Part shown: positions 1-22,496 of the stretch, piece by piece
Layout: the number at the start of each line of letters is the position of its first letter
How positions within the stretch are numbered: position 1 is the stretch's first letter
NCBI GenBank assembly: GCA_002269645.1
Contig: NIVC01001011.1
Coordinates: 124,001 to 188,000, forward strand
DNA: 64,000 nt
Direction of reading: 5' to 3'
Origin: Macrostomum lignano
Taxonomy: Eukaryota
The notes under the pieces: model-generated
Seen by the model: the letters and a program-made list of their open reading frames with translations, nothing else
What the model was told of the DNA's origin: nothing
Databases searched by the model: none
Translations under genes and position numbers: made by a program

Positions 1-4100
<4,100 letters not shown>

Positions 4101-4150
4101 AACAAAACTGTTTATTATTATAGCTACTGTTACTCGTACAGGCAACTTAC

Positions 4151-5116
4151 CACAATGCTGAATATGGTAATCGCAGCCACTGAAAGGATCCAGAACCACA
4201 GGAAGATGTAGATCTTCTCATTGATCATGTTGATTGGCAGGGAGCACTGTGAGAACTGCCAATTGCCTCGGCTGGCCGTTCGCATGTAAACAGCGCAGCA
4301 GCCGACTCGCGGGAACACCATCGTGTTCTGCCAGTCATCTCCGGTGGCCACCTCAACTAGCAGTTGCAAGCCCAGCAGGGTGTACCGAGTGGAATTCAAC
4401 TGCAGGAAGTTCTGCATCAGAGCCAGTTGGCCAAGCGAGTTGCCCAAGAAGGACAGCTTCACCAGAAAGTAGGTCAGGATTAGCCAACTGCCTACCAGGC
4501 GCGAGGGCACGAAGGTGTTGAGACACCGGAAGCACAGGTGACCGAGTGATCCTGGCTGTCCGCAGGAAGCTATGGGTCTCGAATTTCGCCTAATCATCTG
4601 TTGCAGCATCCGGCAAGCGTGATTGACAAGCTTACTGCGATTCTCTCCAGACTCGTGCACCGCATCCTTGGCAATCTTGACGATGTGCGCAACGTCTGTC
4701 CCGGCGCGTTCGTAGCTGAACATGTGCCAGAACAGGCGGGGAATGCAGAACAGCACCGCTTGCATGGCTAGCACGAACGGTATCCATTGGTAGTACACAA
4801 TTTTCTGCTGTTTGTACTTGCTGATGCCTCCGTCTTCTAGGGAATTGTCGAGCTGAAAGTCGCTCGGCTTCACGGCATAGGTTCCCTCCGTCCAGCAGAA
4901 GTTGTTCACGAAGCTCAGCTGTCCTTCGCCGTTGCCGAATTCGTTAGGCAGCCAGCAGGAGATGGGCTGCAGGAAGTAGGTGCGCACGGTGACGATGGTG
5001 CACAGTGTGCTGAGCAGGGCCGGAGTGAACATGAAATTCAAACGGTCGGCAAAATCTTCAACCCCGACATAGTTGACGAGGTCAATGGAGCGAAAATGGG
5101 AAAGAATCTCCGCCAT
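4151..5116 (-). CDS. Innexin (gap-junction/pannexin family), first coding exon of 322 codons; the rest of the gene lies beyond the left edge
   Basis: Innexin motifs: EDFADRLN, SCW..NFCW in EL1, YYQWIPF, PRLFW, FPRVGC..CSLPINMINEKIYIFLWFW. GTAAGT donor at 4150-4145 immediately after ...IFSIV. Confidence 0.95.
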
Positions 5117-6323
5117 GCTTGGGCTTCGATGCGTGCGAGGTTTTGGCCGTGTCTTTGCTCTGTATTTTTGCTAGTACACAATTTGATAGTAGAAATAATA
5201 TTTGCCGTTGGCTGGGTGCTGTCTAATGCTGCAGTTCTACTTGACTGGCAGGGGCTCTAGCGCTTTTAATAACGCACGAATGGAGGGTTAGGGTGGGAGT
5301 GAAGAGAATAGAGGCAGAGAGAAGCACAGGGTCACAGGCTGTGCACACAAAGAACTTGCCTGCCCGTTAGCTTGTGAGATCCACGCAACCAACCTATGTC
5401 GCAAAAAAATACGCACAAAGCAATGGCCGTCTGGCCTCATTCGTTCCGTTGCATTCGAGCACAATATACTCGTAGGCGTTAATAAAGGCGACCAAATTAT
5501 GCAGACAGTCTCGCAATTTAGTCAAAGGCACAGGACACTTTTTTAGAATTTGTGCTCCGTTTAAAACAACAATTTATTTAACGTTACACAGAATACATCC
5601 AAATAAGGAAGCGGTGCAGGGAGCCCTGTATACTTGTATTGGTTGGCTGATGGGTACATTTATCGCAAGACAAGATATCTTATTGAGGTACGCAGAACAG
5701 TTTTAACAGTTTAAAGACAGCTCGAGAAAACTAATGAAAGACAATGCTAATGCCGTATGTACAGTCAGTACATTTGCGCATCAAACTTACGTTAGGCTCG
5801 CTAGAGCAGAATGCGAGATTAACGCTTTTGGAAAATAAAATCTCGAAGCCAGAGAGCTCAAACTGACAGTCACGTGCTCATATCTTAATAAGCACGGTCA
5901 GGAAAATTTCACATTGTTACTCCAATCTGGAAACCAAAGTTACAAATCTGCCAATCTTTCTGCAGCTGGGGTTCAATCTGGGTTATCAACTGCTAACAGG
6001 GTGCAACTTCCGTGCACTGAGCCTCAACGCATAAGAGAAGCTATAAAAATAATAATATCGTCTTGAATGAACACACAGCCATGGCAATACTGTCGCAAGT
6101 GAGTCTTATCTGCTTGTTTCAGTTGCCAGATAAAGTATTTAAGTGTTCGGAGCAGCCCTATCTAATAGCTAGCTAAAATGTGCATATCGCACTTACAGCG
6201 TCAATAAATATATTAATTCAGCCTTTCAGTTACTTTATTAGGTGAATTAACTATAAGCTTCTACGCTCGTAAGTGTCAACCAGTAGCACACTGAGCTTTT
6301 TTCCGCACACAGTCACTATTGAC

Positions 6324-8672
6324 GGATGGCATGCCACGCGTACCATGGGGCTTCAATCTCTTTCCCACTGCCACAGAGCACTGTGTCAATTTACGGCTCA
6401 AGAAATTCCCATAGACTACTGACTGGCTTACTTAACTATTGAGTTCCAACTGTCCTAAAATTTGCGCTTGACTGATACTACAGTTTATTTTAAAACTGTC
6501 TATGGTAAAAACAGTCCAGAATCATGCAGTAAATTTTTACTGATATCACAATCTTGTCCAACTTTACTGTATAATTAATTAAACTTACGCGAGACTCAAA
6601 ATCATGGCTAACAACATTGATGATGCTGCAATTGCAATTATGGAAGGTTCTGTTTTCACCAGCGATGGCAGCGACAGCGAATATGAGTGTCGATGAAGAG
6701 TTGCTGGACGAGGAAGATGGTGAGAGTAATGGTGAAGTAGCTGAGCATGGAGTCGAGTTCGCCAACGAGAATGAATGGACAACTGCTCAAGATGGTGAAG
6801 ATTCGCGTCTCAGCGATCTGCCCGAATTCCTCGCTGTGCCTGGCCTGAACCCAGACATCCAAGCACAAGCTCCTGATAGATGCAATTCTATCTGCAGCAC
6901 TTTCTCACCGCTGATCTGGTGTCTGCCATTCGCATCTGGACCAACGCCCGAGCTGACATGGAGCTTCAACATTTGACAGCTGAAGATCAGGACGGAGCTC
7001 TTCCCAATTTGCTATCAACTTGGAGACCGTGTACCGACAATGAGGTGAAGAAGTCTCTAGCAATCGTTCTGTACATGGGTCTTGTGAAGAAGCCCGAAAT
7101 GCACATGTACTGGTCCACGGGAGACTTCTACGGCGGCGAATACTTCCAGAAAGAACATTGCCTTGGAAGGGATCGGTTTGTGCAGATATTATCATTCCTT
7201 CGATTTTACGACTGCACCACCGACAACCAACAGGACTCCTTGAAAAAGATTCGACCTCTTCTTAACATTGCCCGCGATATTTGCCAAGCAAATTACAGCC
7301 CACATCAAGAGGTGTCTGTCGATGAAGAACTGGTCATGTACAAGGGCAGGCTCATTTTCCGGCAGTTCATGCCCAACAAGCGTGCCAGATTCGGCATCAA
7401 GGTCTACTGCTTGACGGAAGCTTCGACAGGTTTTCTGTGGAACTTTCATGTACATGCTGCTAAGCAGGATAACGACAAGTTTGGAGATGGATTAAACTGT
7501 GGTAATTTATCGATGAGCGAGAAGATCGTCGTTGAATTGAGTAAAAATTTGCTGGACCTAGGGTACAAGGTCTTCTGTGACAGCTGGTTCACATCGCTCC
7601 GTCTGGCGCAGTTTCTGCTGGAACGCAGTACCTTACTGACTGGGACGGTGAGGCCCAATCGAGGTGTGCCGAATGAGCTGAAAGTGCTGCCCCTGCAACC
7701 CGTCAGTCACTCCCAGATGCGCCGCGGCGATGTTCTCGCAGTCAAGCTGGTAGACAGGAAGGCAAGCGGTCGCAAAACTGTGTACTTGTTGGACACGCAC
7801 GGTGTTGCTGAAAGCACGGAAGTGAGGCGAGTGATCCGAGGCGGAGCGGAGGAGTCAGTTTTAAAACCGAATTCGGTGCTGCAGTACAATAAGTACATGG
7901 GAGGCGTTGATCGCCTTGATGCAGCACTGCAGCCTTACAGTGCGGGGAGAAGAACATACAGCTGGCACCAGAAGCTCGGGTTCCACATTTTGCTGCAGTT
8001 GGTCCGCAATGCCTGGATCTGCAATTGCCAAGGAGGAAGCGATATCAAATTCGTTGAATTTTTGGAAGCTGCGATCCGTACTCTCATGGAGCAGACAGGC
8101 CGGGGCAAACGTCTGAATACATCGAAGCGCAAGGCCATCTCACACCACGCGCCATCGAAGCTGCCGCCGACAGATGCTAATGCGAGGCCGACAAAGCGAT
8201 GCAGAGTCTGCCACACCAATGGTGCGGCCAAAAGAACGGTGTTCGTATGCGCTGGTTGCCCAGGAGAGCCCGGGCTGTGTGCTGTCCCATGCTTTCAGAA
8301 TTGGCACACTGCAGCAGCACAGTAGTTGCACTGGTGGTACGGTGCAAAACTTAATTACGTTCAGAATACGAAATTCAAAACGCTCCTCCTAAATGCCTCA
8401 TCGATGTTTTAAATATTGTTTACCTAATTGTTTTTTGTTCTGTTGTTGTCCTTTTTTAAAGTTTTTGTTACCTATCCTGTACTTGCAGTCAAATATAGTT
8501 AAAAAATTGCGAAAAAATAACATGGTACGCACAGCATGCCATCGGTGACTTATGGGGATGTCGAAAAGTCATATTTATGCTAAACCATCTGGGCCATAGA
8601 CACGTATTCTCAGCGTATGGTTAAATGAGACCCATGGCACGCCTGGCGTGCCATCAGTGTTGGCGGGGTTAA
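6324..8672 (+). mobile_element. piggyBac DNA transposon (PGBD4-like); right end intact at TTAA, left terminus not recognisable
   Basis: Right end ...TTGGCGGGG-TTAA (TTAA at 8669-8672). Subterminal inverted repeat ACGGATGGCATGCCACGCGTACCATGGG (~6322-6349) matches the reverse complement of ~8631-8658, with another copy at ~8520-8550. Transposase ORF inside. Confidence 0.85.
6665..8325 (+). pseudogene. piggyBac transposase with one frameshift near 6878
   Basis: Acidic N-terminus in the frame of ORF 6617-6976, core in ORF 6880-8325. DDD triad SVDEE / FCDSWFTS / YMGGVDRLD. C-terminal Cys-rich domain CRVC...CAGC...LCAVPCF. Confidence 0.88.
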
Positions 8673-8870
8673 TAGCTAGTCAGTGTAATTTAGTACCCCC
8701 TAATTGTTAGTAAGCTTTCTAAGTTAGTAAGCCTTTAGGTGTGCACTGATAAGTAGTGTCTGTGGCTTTGTTTGCTGAAAAAATAGCTTACACTACATGT
8801 CGCAATTAGCGACCCCGTTGGGGTGGCAACAAAGAATGAAACATTTTTTTTAATAAACTAAACGTAGCTT

Positions 8871-9200
8871 CTGACCTCTCAGCAATTCCCCGTAAGCCTT
8901 GACATCTCAGCAATTCCCCCCCATAAGCCTTGACATCTCAGCAATTCCCCCCATAAGCCTTGACATCTCAGCAATTCCCCCCATAAGCCTTGACATCTCA
9001 GCAATTCCACAGTAAGCCTTGACAGCTCAGCAATTCCCCCAAGCCTTGACATCTCAGCAAACCCCCTAAGCCTTGACATCTCAGCAATTCCCCCGTAAGC
9101 CTTGACAGCTCAGCAATTCCCCCAAGCCTTGACATCTCAGCAAACCCCCTAAGCCTTGACATCTCAGCAATTCCCCCGTAAGCCTTGACAGCTCAGCAAT
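8871..9200. repeat. Minisatellite, ~27-31-bp unit AAGCCTTGACATCTCAGCAATTCCCCC(AT), ~11 copies
   Basis: Direct reading. The last six units form a duplicated ~84-bp trimer. Confidence 0.95.
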
Positions 9201-9777
9201 TTATGTTTGACATGACGCTTATTTTAGTTTTGATTTGACGCTTCTGTTATTTTTGAAACATTTGGAGCGTTTTTTTCCAGCACCATCAACTTAATTGGCA
9301 TTTCTCAAAAGATGCTGAAACTCTTCTGTAACTCTCTTCACGATCTTGTAGCAGATATTTTTCCCAGAGAGTTGATGTTGCTGTCAAGTCGCAACGCAAC
9401 AGGATCGGTGAAAGTTTCTCGCCTACTTAAAATCAATTCATTAAAGCACTTGAGGAGAGTAGAAGCTGTATTGCACTGCCAATGGCTTGGGATGCAAGCA
9501 GGTGCTGAAGACTCAGACAGCCTGTCAGTCGTATTACTCAAGCAGACAGTACCAGACGAACAGGTGAAAGAACATGTTTTTTATTCAAAACTCAATATTT
9601 ATTGCGACACTCGTCTTGTTGATTCATCAGGAGCCGAGGTTCCCAGTTTGACTTTATTTAGTCGCGTCTGGTGAACGGCCGGAACTTCTTGCACTTGTAA
9701 AGCCCTCTGCAATTCAATATTCTGTGCTTGCCGAAGCTCAGAAGAAAGCTTGGAAACTGGCTCGAAGAAGCTACCGA

Positions 9778-10500
9778 ATGGTGCTTCTGCTGCTGCTGCT
9801 ATTGAGCTCACCCGGTGTGTCCTCGGGCCAGGTTTACCAAGCCATGTCTGGCTTTCTCTGTATCCGGCCTGAGTTTATCAGAAACGAGCCTCGAGCCAGG
9901 TCCGACATCGAGTGCTCGCTACTCTGCAGCAGGGAGCCGCGCTGTCAGGCGTTCAGCCTGGCTGACGGTCCGTGCCAGCTGTTCGTGTTCGACAAGTGCA
10001 GCAAGTCGGTGAAGGTCTGCGGCTGCTCTAGGAGAGGCCAGGTGTTCGTGAAGCAGCAGCCGGGACTCGAGCCGGGCGCGCTGTGTCCGTTCGACTTCGG
10101 AGATGACCACTGCGGAGTGAAGTACAAGCTCTTCAATGCGGTTAACACCTGGGCAGTGCAGAGGCAGAGGTGCGAGTCGGAGAGCGGTCTGGTGATCATG
10201 GCGGACGTGATTGACAGCGCCGAGCTGGCTGCCATCGGACAAGTTTTCAACACAAAGGCTGGCGGCGTCCCCACATGGCTCGGCGGCTTCCAGACTCCGG
10301 GCAGCGTGGAGCCCAACGGAGGCTGGCGCTGGGTGGCCTGCAACATCAGCTTTGACGCCGGCCTATGGGGCAGTGGAGAGCCTGACAACTGGGGTGGCAT
10401 CGAGGACGCAATTTTACTGCGTGCTGCCTTCTTGGGAGACGGCGCGCAGGCAGACTCCAACGGGGCTGGCCTGTGCGAGTGCCTGTCGCCCTTTGGCTGA
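9778..10500 (+). CDS. Secreted PAN/apple + C-type lectin domain protein, intronless, 240 aa
   Basis: Hydrophobic signal peptide MVLLLLLLLSSPGVSSG. PAN pattern C..(IEC SLLC)..C.AF....CQL. CTLD: W...RQRCES, TWLGG, WRW, W..GEPDN, LCE. Confidence 0.85.
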   Translation: MVLLLLLLLSSPGVSSGQVYQAMSGFLCIRPEFIRNEPRARSDIECSLLCSREPRCQAFSLADGPCQLFVFDKCSKSVKVCGCSRRGQVFVKQQPGLEPGALCPFDFGDDHCGVKYKLFNAVNTWAVQRQRCESESGLVIMADVIDSAELAAIGQVFNTKAGGVPTWLGGFQTPGSVEPNGGWRWVACNISFDAGLWGSGEPDNWGGIEDAILLRAAFLGDGAQADSNGAGLCECLSPFG

Positions 10501-12211
10501 GATTTTCCAAGAAGCGAGGATTCGAAAAGTTTTAAGTCTGAGCAATGATTTAGTTTGGTACTGTTGAAGAAGTGCCGACTTTTATAGATTACAAACTTTA
10601 TTCGAATTTTGTTGCCTCGTTCGGTAAACAGTCATGAATCAGTGTATGTCCACGATCGAAACTAATCCGAATATAAAATACGACCCGTGGAATCTGATAG
10701 CATTAAAAATATCTTAATTTCTTGCTTTGTTCATTCTAAATGCATTTTTAAATGGATTTGACTTGGCAAAAAATAGTGCCTCATCTTATAATAGACTTTC
10801 GTAGCTCTGATAGAAGTACCGGACACTAAGTAAATAGAGCCCGGAATTTCTTACTGTGAGCGACTGCGCCTTGTTGATTTCTATGGCGTAATTTCCCTGT
10901 TTTTATGTCTATGGTTAAAACCTAATATGTTCATAAGAAGAGCAAGCGTATGATCGAGACATACATTCTTAATCCACTCGTGGACTACACTGATGAATTC
11001 GTTGGCATCAAACGGACATCGACACCGTGTTGGCTGCAGGAGAAGACCTTAGTAACCATATCATAAGCTTTCTTCGGTCTTGTCAAAGGCGTCAGGGACT
11101 ACCTCAACTCCTGCAAGTACGAAGTCATCGAAGACACTTGAGAGAGACAAGTGGGCTAGTTTTTACTACACAGATCACCGCCAGATTCCCTCACTTTCCA
11201 ACGACGGTGAGTGTTGACGTAGTGACGGTCAGAACCACCTGTGGGCTTGTTTTGTAGTCCGGACTTCAAAGTAATCACGGACTCAATAGATGCTGTCATG
11301 AAGATTTCAACCGAACAAGGCAACGGCTTAAAGCGCAGGAGTGCTTCCATATCTAAGAAGAAGCCCAAGTTTGGGATAAACAGCTAGCTTGGCCGCTAAA
11401 TACGAGTAAAAGCCATTGACTATCATTGCGAATAAGAAAGCTTGAAACTTGACTAAAAGCTTCTTATTGCGGGAATTATGGGAGCTACATATCATGCTCG
11501 TGCCCGGAAATTTTTAACTAGACTCGATGTGTTGTCAATTTCTTGGAGCCCATTGACCAAAGCCTCTAGATCCAAGGTCTGCTCCACAGTTGGACCAGTG
11601 TTTGATAAAACTCCAGAAGATGTGTCATCACTGAACACATAAAAAACCTCTCATTATGCCGATGTAAAGCCCGGAAATCTCGTCTTCTAATAATTTCTGA
11701 TAGTTAATTATTGGAAATGACTTCCTATATGTGTCTTCCATTTTCTCCTCTTTCCGTGTTTCTCTTAATTTCTGTCTTGAAAGTTTTCATGATGAAAATT
11801 TGTCTATGGACGTGTTGTTAGAAGGCACCCCAACGGACGCTAGCAGCGGGTAATACGCTCGTATCTATGGTAAAAAGCCTACTAGCAATACAATCGTTAC
11901 TCCTCCCCTCCTTTGCGGGCAGAAATGGGACGTTCCGAGGTCACCTAACTCCGTGTTCTACTATCTGCCACCTTAGTGTCAAAGGAGGGATAGCAAGGGA
12001 AGGGTAAAAGTTCAATTTTGTCATCAACCACGCTATCCAACAAGCGGATCTATTGGGTTTTCACGTGTCCCATTGTGTTCAAGGGCAGACCCAGGGAAGC
12101 CGGGGGGAGCCAGCAAAGTGAATTCAATCCTCTGTAAATACCCAGTGATGACGTGAGTGAGGCTTACGAAAAAATGCAATGAATGAGTTCGAGCCTGCAA
12201 CAGTTCCATCA

Positions 12212-18983
<6,772 letters not shown>

Positions 18984-19510
18984 CGAAATGTGTTGTTTAG
19001 TCCACAAAATTATCTATACAAATGCAATAATTTAGTTTCGATAAGGATTGATTGAAACTGACCATCAGCTAGTTTAGGCTAGCTATATAAGTTTAGGCCA
19101 CGTACAAAAATCGCTAAAAATAAGCCTTGGCAACGAGATCGCTGAACCAACACAGTCGCTGTTCACTTCTCTCTCCCTCTCCAGCCTGCATGCTACGAGC
19201 GTAGATTTCTCAGTGAATAGTAGAGAGGGTCTAGCTGCAGAGCAATCAGGATTCAGAAGTGCGCGACTGGGGGAGAGAGAGAGAGACGAGAGGAACGAGA
19301 GGTGGCTAGAATCGGGGAACAGAAGTTCTCTTGCCCAGTACAGCACAGTACAGTACATGCACACAGCTAAAACGGATTGAATTTACGAAGCCAATATTGG
19401 TCGGGTTTGCATTGTACCGCTGCAGAGCGAAGGAGGAACAGCGGATGTGCAGTAGCAGTGCACTGCAGATTTATGGGAGAAAAACTGGTAAGAGTTCGAG
19501 CTTCAGTACC

Positions 19511-19702
19511 TGTAGTGTACGCCCAGTCTATGCCTTTACTCTTCTGTGATGACTAACTATGGCCCTCTCGACCAACGTGCACTGCCACTTGTCCCTCAAC
19601 TATTGCGTAACATTGTAGCCGCACGTCGGCAGTGATACTATATAGTAGCTCAAATATACGGTCCATGAGACCATGATTTTCTCAGCACACAAGCGCACTA
19701 CA
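19511..19702 (+). repeat. 5' LTR (192 bp)
   Basis: Identical by eye to 21694-21885; TG...CA ends. Confidence 0.97.
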
Positions 19703-21547
19703 ATGGCGTCGCAAGCAAGCCTACCCACACCACCCACATTGAACTTGCGCGAAGAGCCTCATGCGGCACATACGAAGTGGAGCAAGTGGCTGGCTCAGTT
19801 CCAGCTGTTCGCCGCGGCTGCTGACATCTCTGACAAGAAGCGACTTCGCCAACTCCTTCTATACACAGCGGGCGAGGACCTGCAGGCCATTGCAGCCGGA
19901 CTCGCCGACACCAGTGATGACGTCGACAAGCTCATCAAGGCTCTCAATGAGCACTTCACCAGCCAGCTCAACCTGCCCTTCACCCGCTACCAGTTCCGGC
20001 TGTGCACCCAGCAGACCGGAGAGTCCCTGGACGACTGGCTGCGGCGGCTCAACAACACCGCGGACTGCTGCAAATTCGAAGGCCTCCGGGACTCGCTGAT
20101 CCGCGACCAGCTGATCGCCGGCTGCAGCTCCGAGCAGCTCCGCAGGAAGCTGCTGGCCATGGACAACGTGGACCTGGGCCAGGCGGTCCGGGTGGCCAGG
20201 GCCATGGAGGCAGCGGAGGCGCAGGCCAGCCTCATGGAGACCAGCGCAGCGACCGTGCAGCGGTTGCGGAAGCGCGAGTCCAGCCCGCCAGAGCAGCCGC
20301 AGAGATCAGCCACGCAGGCAGCCGATCGCACGCAGCCAAGGTGCATCCGCTGCGGCAACTTCGGCCACCGCAGCTGCAGCGCAGCGTTAGGCAAGACCTG
20401 CAACCGATGCGGCAAGCCGAATCACCTCGCCAAGGCCTGCCTGTCCCGGCCGGAGGACGTGCGAGCTCTGCGGGTCGGCAGCGACAGTTCGGGCGAAGAG
20501 GACGACGTCTTCTGCCTGACCGTGATGGCCTCCGACAAGAACGCAACAGCGGCTCTTGCCACGGTGCTGGTAGAAGCGACTCCAGTGCAGGTGCTGGTGG
20601 ACAGCGGAGCCGACTGTAACATCCTCACCGAGGCAGCCTGGCGAGAGCTCCCGGGACCCACAGGCCTGCAGCCGACGACAAAGAAGATTTTCTCATTTCG
20701 ATCAGCTAAACCTCTGCGCACTGTGGGAGCCTGCAGCCTGCAGGTTTCGGTTGGCTCAATGGTCCGGCGCGCCAGCTTCATCATCGTCCCAGGGACCGGC
20801 ACCAGCGTGCTCGGCCGTGCAACCTCGACATCCCTGCAGCTGCTGAGTCTGGGGACGCAGGCCCGCGCACCGGACAGAGAGACAACAAGTCTGAGCGATT
20901 CTCTAAACGCGCAACCAGTCCAGGACAACGTACCGCTGCAGCAGCTCAACTCCGTCAAGTCCGCACCGGAAGGCCCGACCATCAAGAGCGTCCGCGATGC
21001 CACAGCGGGGGACCCGGCTCTGACCTTCGTCATGCAGGCGTTGGCAACTGGCAACTGGCGCTCCGGCGCTACAGCCCAGGCCGGCAGCTTCCACTCGCTC
21101 AAGGATGAGCTCCAAGTGCGTGACGGCGTGCTGCTCAGGGACAACAGAATCGTTGTACCCGCAGCGCTTCAGCAGCAGACCGTCAGTTGGGCCCACCAGG
21201 GTCAATTTGGCAGGAGGAAGGCCATCGACCGGCTGAGAAGGAAATTCTGGTGGCCTGGCATGGCGCGGCAGGCGCAGGCGGCTGTGTCAAGGAGACGCCA
21301 GCGCCAGGACATCGGAGGCGTTGGCGCGAGCGAGACGCTCTCAGCCGGCCGGCCGGCAGACACAGCAGACGTTCAGCAGCCGTCCGAGCCCGGCTGGAAG
21401 CTGGTGACCAGACGGCGCACGCCGCTAATTTCGATCGGCGCTCCGCCAGGTGACCGAAGGGTGCGACGGCATTTGGGAGGTCCACTGGCCGCACGCCAGC
21501 ACGTCAGCAAACCACAAGGCCAGCGAAACGGAGCCTCATCCTACTAA
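19703..21547 (+). CDS. Gag-aspartic protease polyprotein with integrase N- and C-terminal stubs; no RT, RNase H core or DDE core
   Basis: Gag capsid-like region (RYQFRLCTQQTGESLDDW...LIRDQLIAG), two zinc knuckles (CIRCGNFGHRSC, CNRCGKPNHLAKAC), protease VLVDSGADCNIL, then ELQVRDGVLLRDNRIVVP..AHQG..RKFWWPGM and RVRRH. ATG at 19703 directly follows the LTR. Confidence 0.92.
   Translation: MASQASLPTPPTLNLREEPHAAHTKWSKWLAQFQLFAAAADISDKKRLRQLLLYTAGEDLQAIAAGLADTSDDVDKLIKALNEHFTSQLNLPFTRYQFRLCTQQTGESLDDWLRRLNNTADCCKFEGLRDSLIRDQLIAGCSSEQLRRKLLAMDNVDLGQAVRVARAMEAAEAQASLMETSAATVQRLRKRESSPPEQPQRSATQAADRTQPRCIRCGNFGHRSCSAALGKTCNRCGKPNHLAKACLSRPEDVRALRVGSDSSGEEDDVFCLTVMASDKNATAALATVLVEATPVQVLVDSGADCNILTEAAWRELPGPTGLQPTTKKIFSFRSAKPLRTVGACSLQVSVGSMVRRASFIIVPGTGTSVLGRATSTSLQLLSLGTQARAPDRETTSLSDSLNAQPVQDNVPLQQLNSVKSAPEGPTIKSVRDATAGDPALTFVMQALATGNWRSGATAQAGSFHSLKDELQVRDGVLLRDNRIVVPAALQQQTVSWAHQGQFGRRKAIDRLRRKFWWPGMARQAQAAVSRRRQRQDIGGVGASETLSAGRPADTADVQQPSEPGWKLVTRRRTPLISIGAPPGDRRVRRHLGGPLAARQHVSKPQGQRNGASSY
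19704..19719 (+). promoter_or_regulatory. Primer-binding site, probably complementary to a tRNA-Ser-type 3' end
   Basis: Reverse complement CTTGC-TTGCGAC-G-CCA gives discriminator G and a T-stem-like CCTGC context. The tRNA identity is inference. Confidence 0.7.
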
Positions 21548-21693
21548 CTGCAGACTGCAGACTACTAATTATCACATGTACATGCATACGTAAATTGCAC
21601 TCAACGGCAAACTAACACAACTTCCGAAATCTCGTTCCGTTAATCTCCGTCAATCGAATTACAGACTTTGTACCTTTTTGGTTGGGGGAGAGA

Positions 21694-21885
21694 TGTAGTG
21701 TACGCCCAGTCTATGCCTTTACTCTTCTGTGATGACTAACTATGGCCCTCTCGACCAACGTGCACTGCCACTTGTCCCTCAACTATTGCGTAACATTGTA
21801 GCCGCACGTCGGCAGTGATACTATATAGTAGCTCAAATATACGGTCCATGAGACCATGATTTTCTCAGCACACAAGCGCACTACA
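21694..21885 (+). repeat. 3' LTR (192 bp)
   Basis: Preceded by the polypurine tract, followed by the TSD. Confidence 0.97.
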
Positions 21886-22496
21886 GTACCTAAACGGCAT
21901 CGCAATGCCTGCTGAATCAATAAGTTGCTGGATTTTTTCAAATCAGACCTAAAAAGGCTTACAGCAGCAACTGCTCTACATTTTAAATGAAAGATGTCAA
22001 TTTTACATGACTGCAGTGAACAAATCTTTGCTTTCTAAGTAATTTCTTCCATACGGTATATTAGTATTATTATTATTATTATTATGCAATACAAGCTGCT
22101 GAAAAAGTGGCCAAAAGGCTAAAACTCTACCTGTAATCATTCAGCTAACACACACACACCGATGTCGCTACTCTAAGTAGCACTAAATGTATAATATCAA
22201 ACGTGCGTTAATGTTGGCGTTCAAATTATGTTTATATGACGAAAAATGGACATTAGTATAGGGGAACCTGGAAGAAATACAATGTACTGAAAGTTATTGT
22301 CTGTTAGGATGCCATGCGAGAAAGTATAGGCTTAATGGAGAGATGAAGTAGGTTGGTTGTCAGCAGAGAGTTTTGTTTCAGTTGTGAGTTTTTATGAGAC
22401 ATGGGGAATGCTGACTCAGAAGTGTGTGGAGAGATTGATAGATGAAGGATGCCGCCGTGGAAAGTAGGAATATAGCTCGTAATATGTATCACGAGT

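Larger units (their letters stand above)
19511..21885 (+). mobile_element. Non-autonomous Ty3/Gypsy (Mag-like) LTR retrotransposon, 2,375 bp
   Basis: Identical 192-bp LTRs (TG...CA) at 19511-19702 and 21694-21885. TSD GTACC at 19506-19510 and 21886-21890. PBS TGGCGTCGCAAGCAAG after the 5' LTR. PPT GGGGGAGAGA at 21684-21693. Confidence 0.97.

Noticed and set aside
11027-11368. Short ORFs and a GTGAGT donor-like site at ~11207
   Set aside because: No recognisable motif and no consistent exon chain.
19761-21494. Multiple overlapping ORFs in other frames and strands within the LTR element
   Set aside because: Shadow ORFs of a GC-rich coding sequence.
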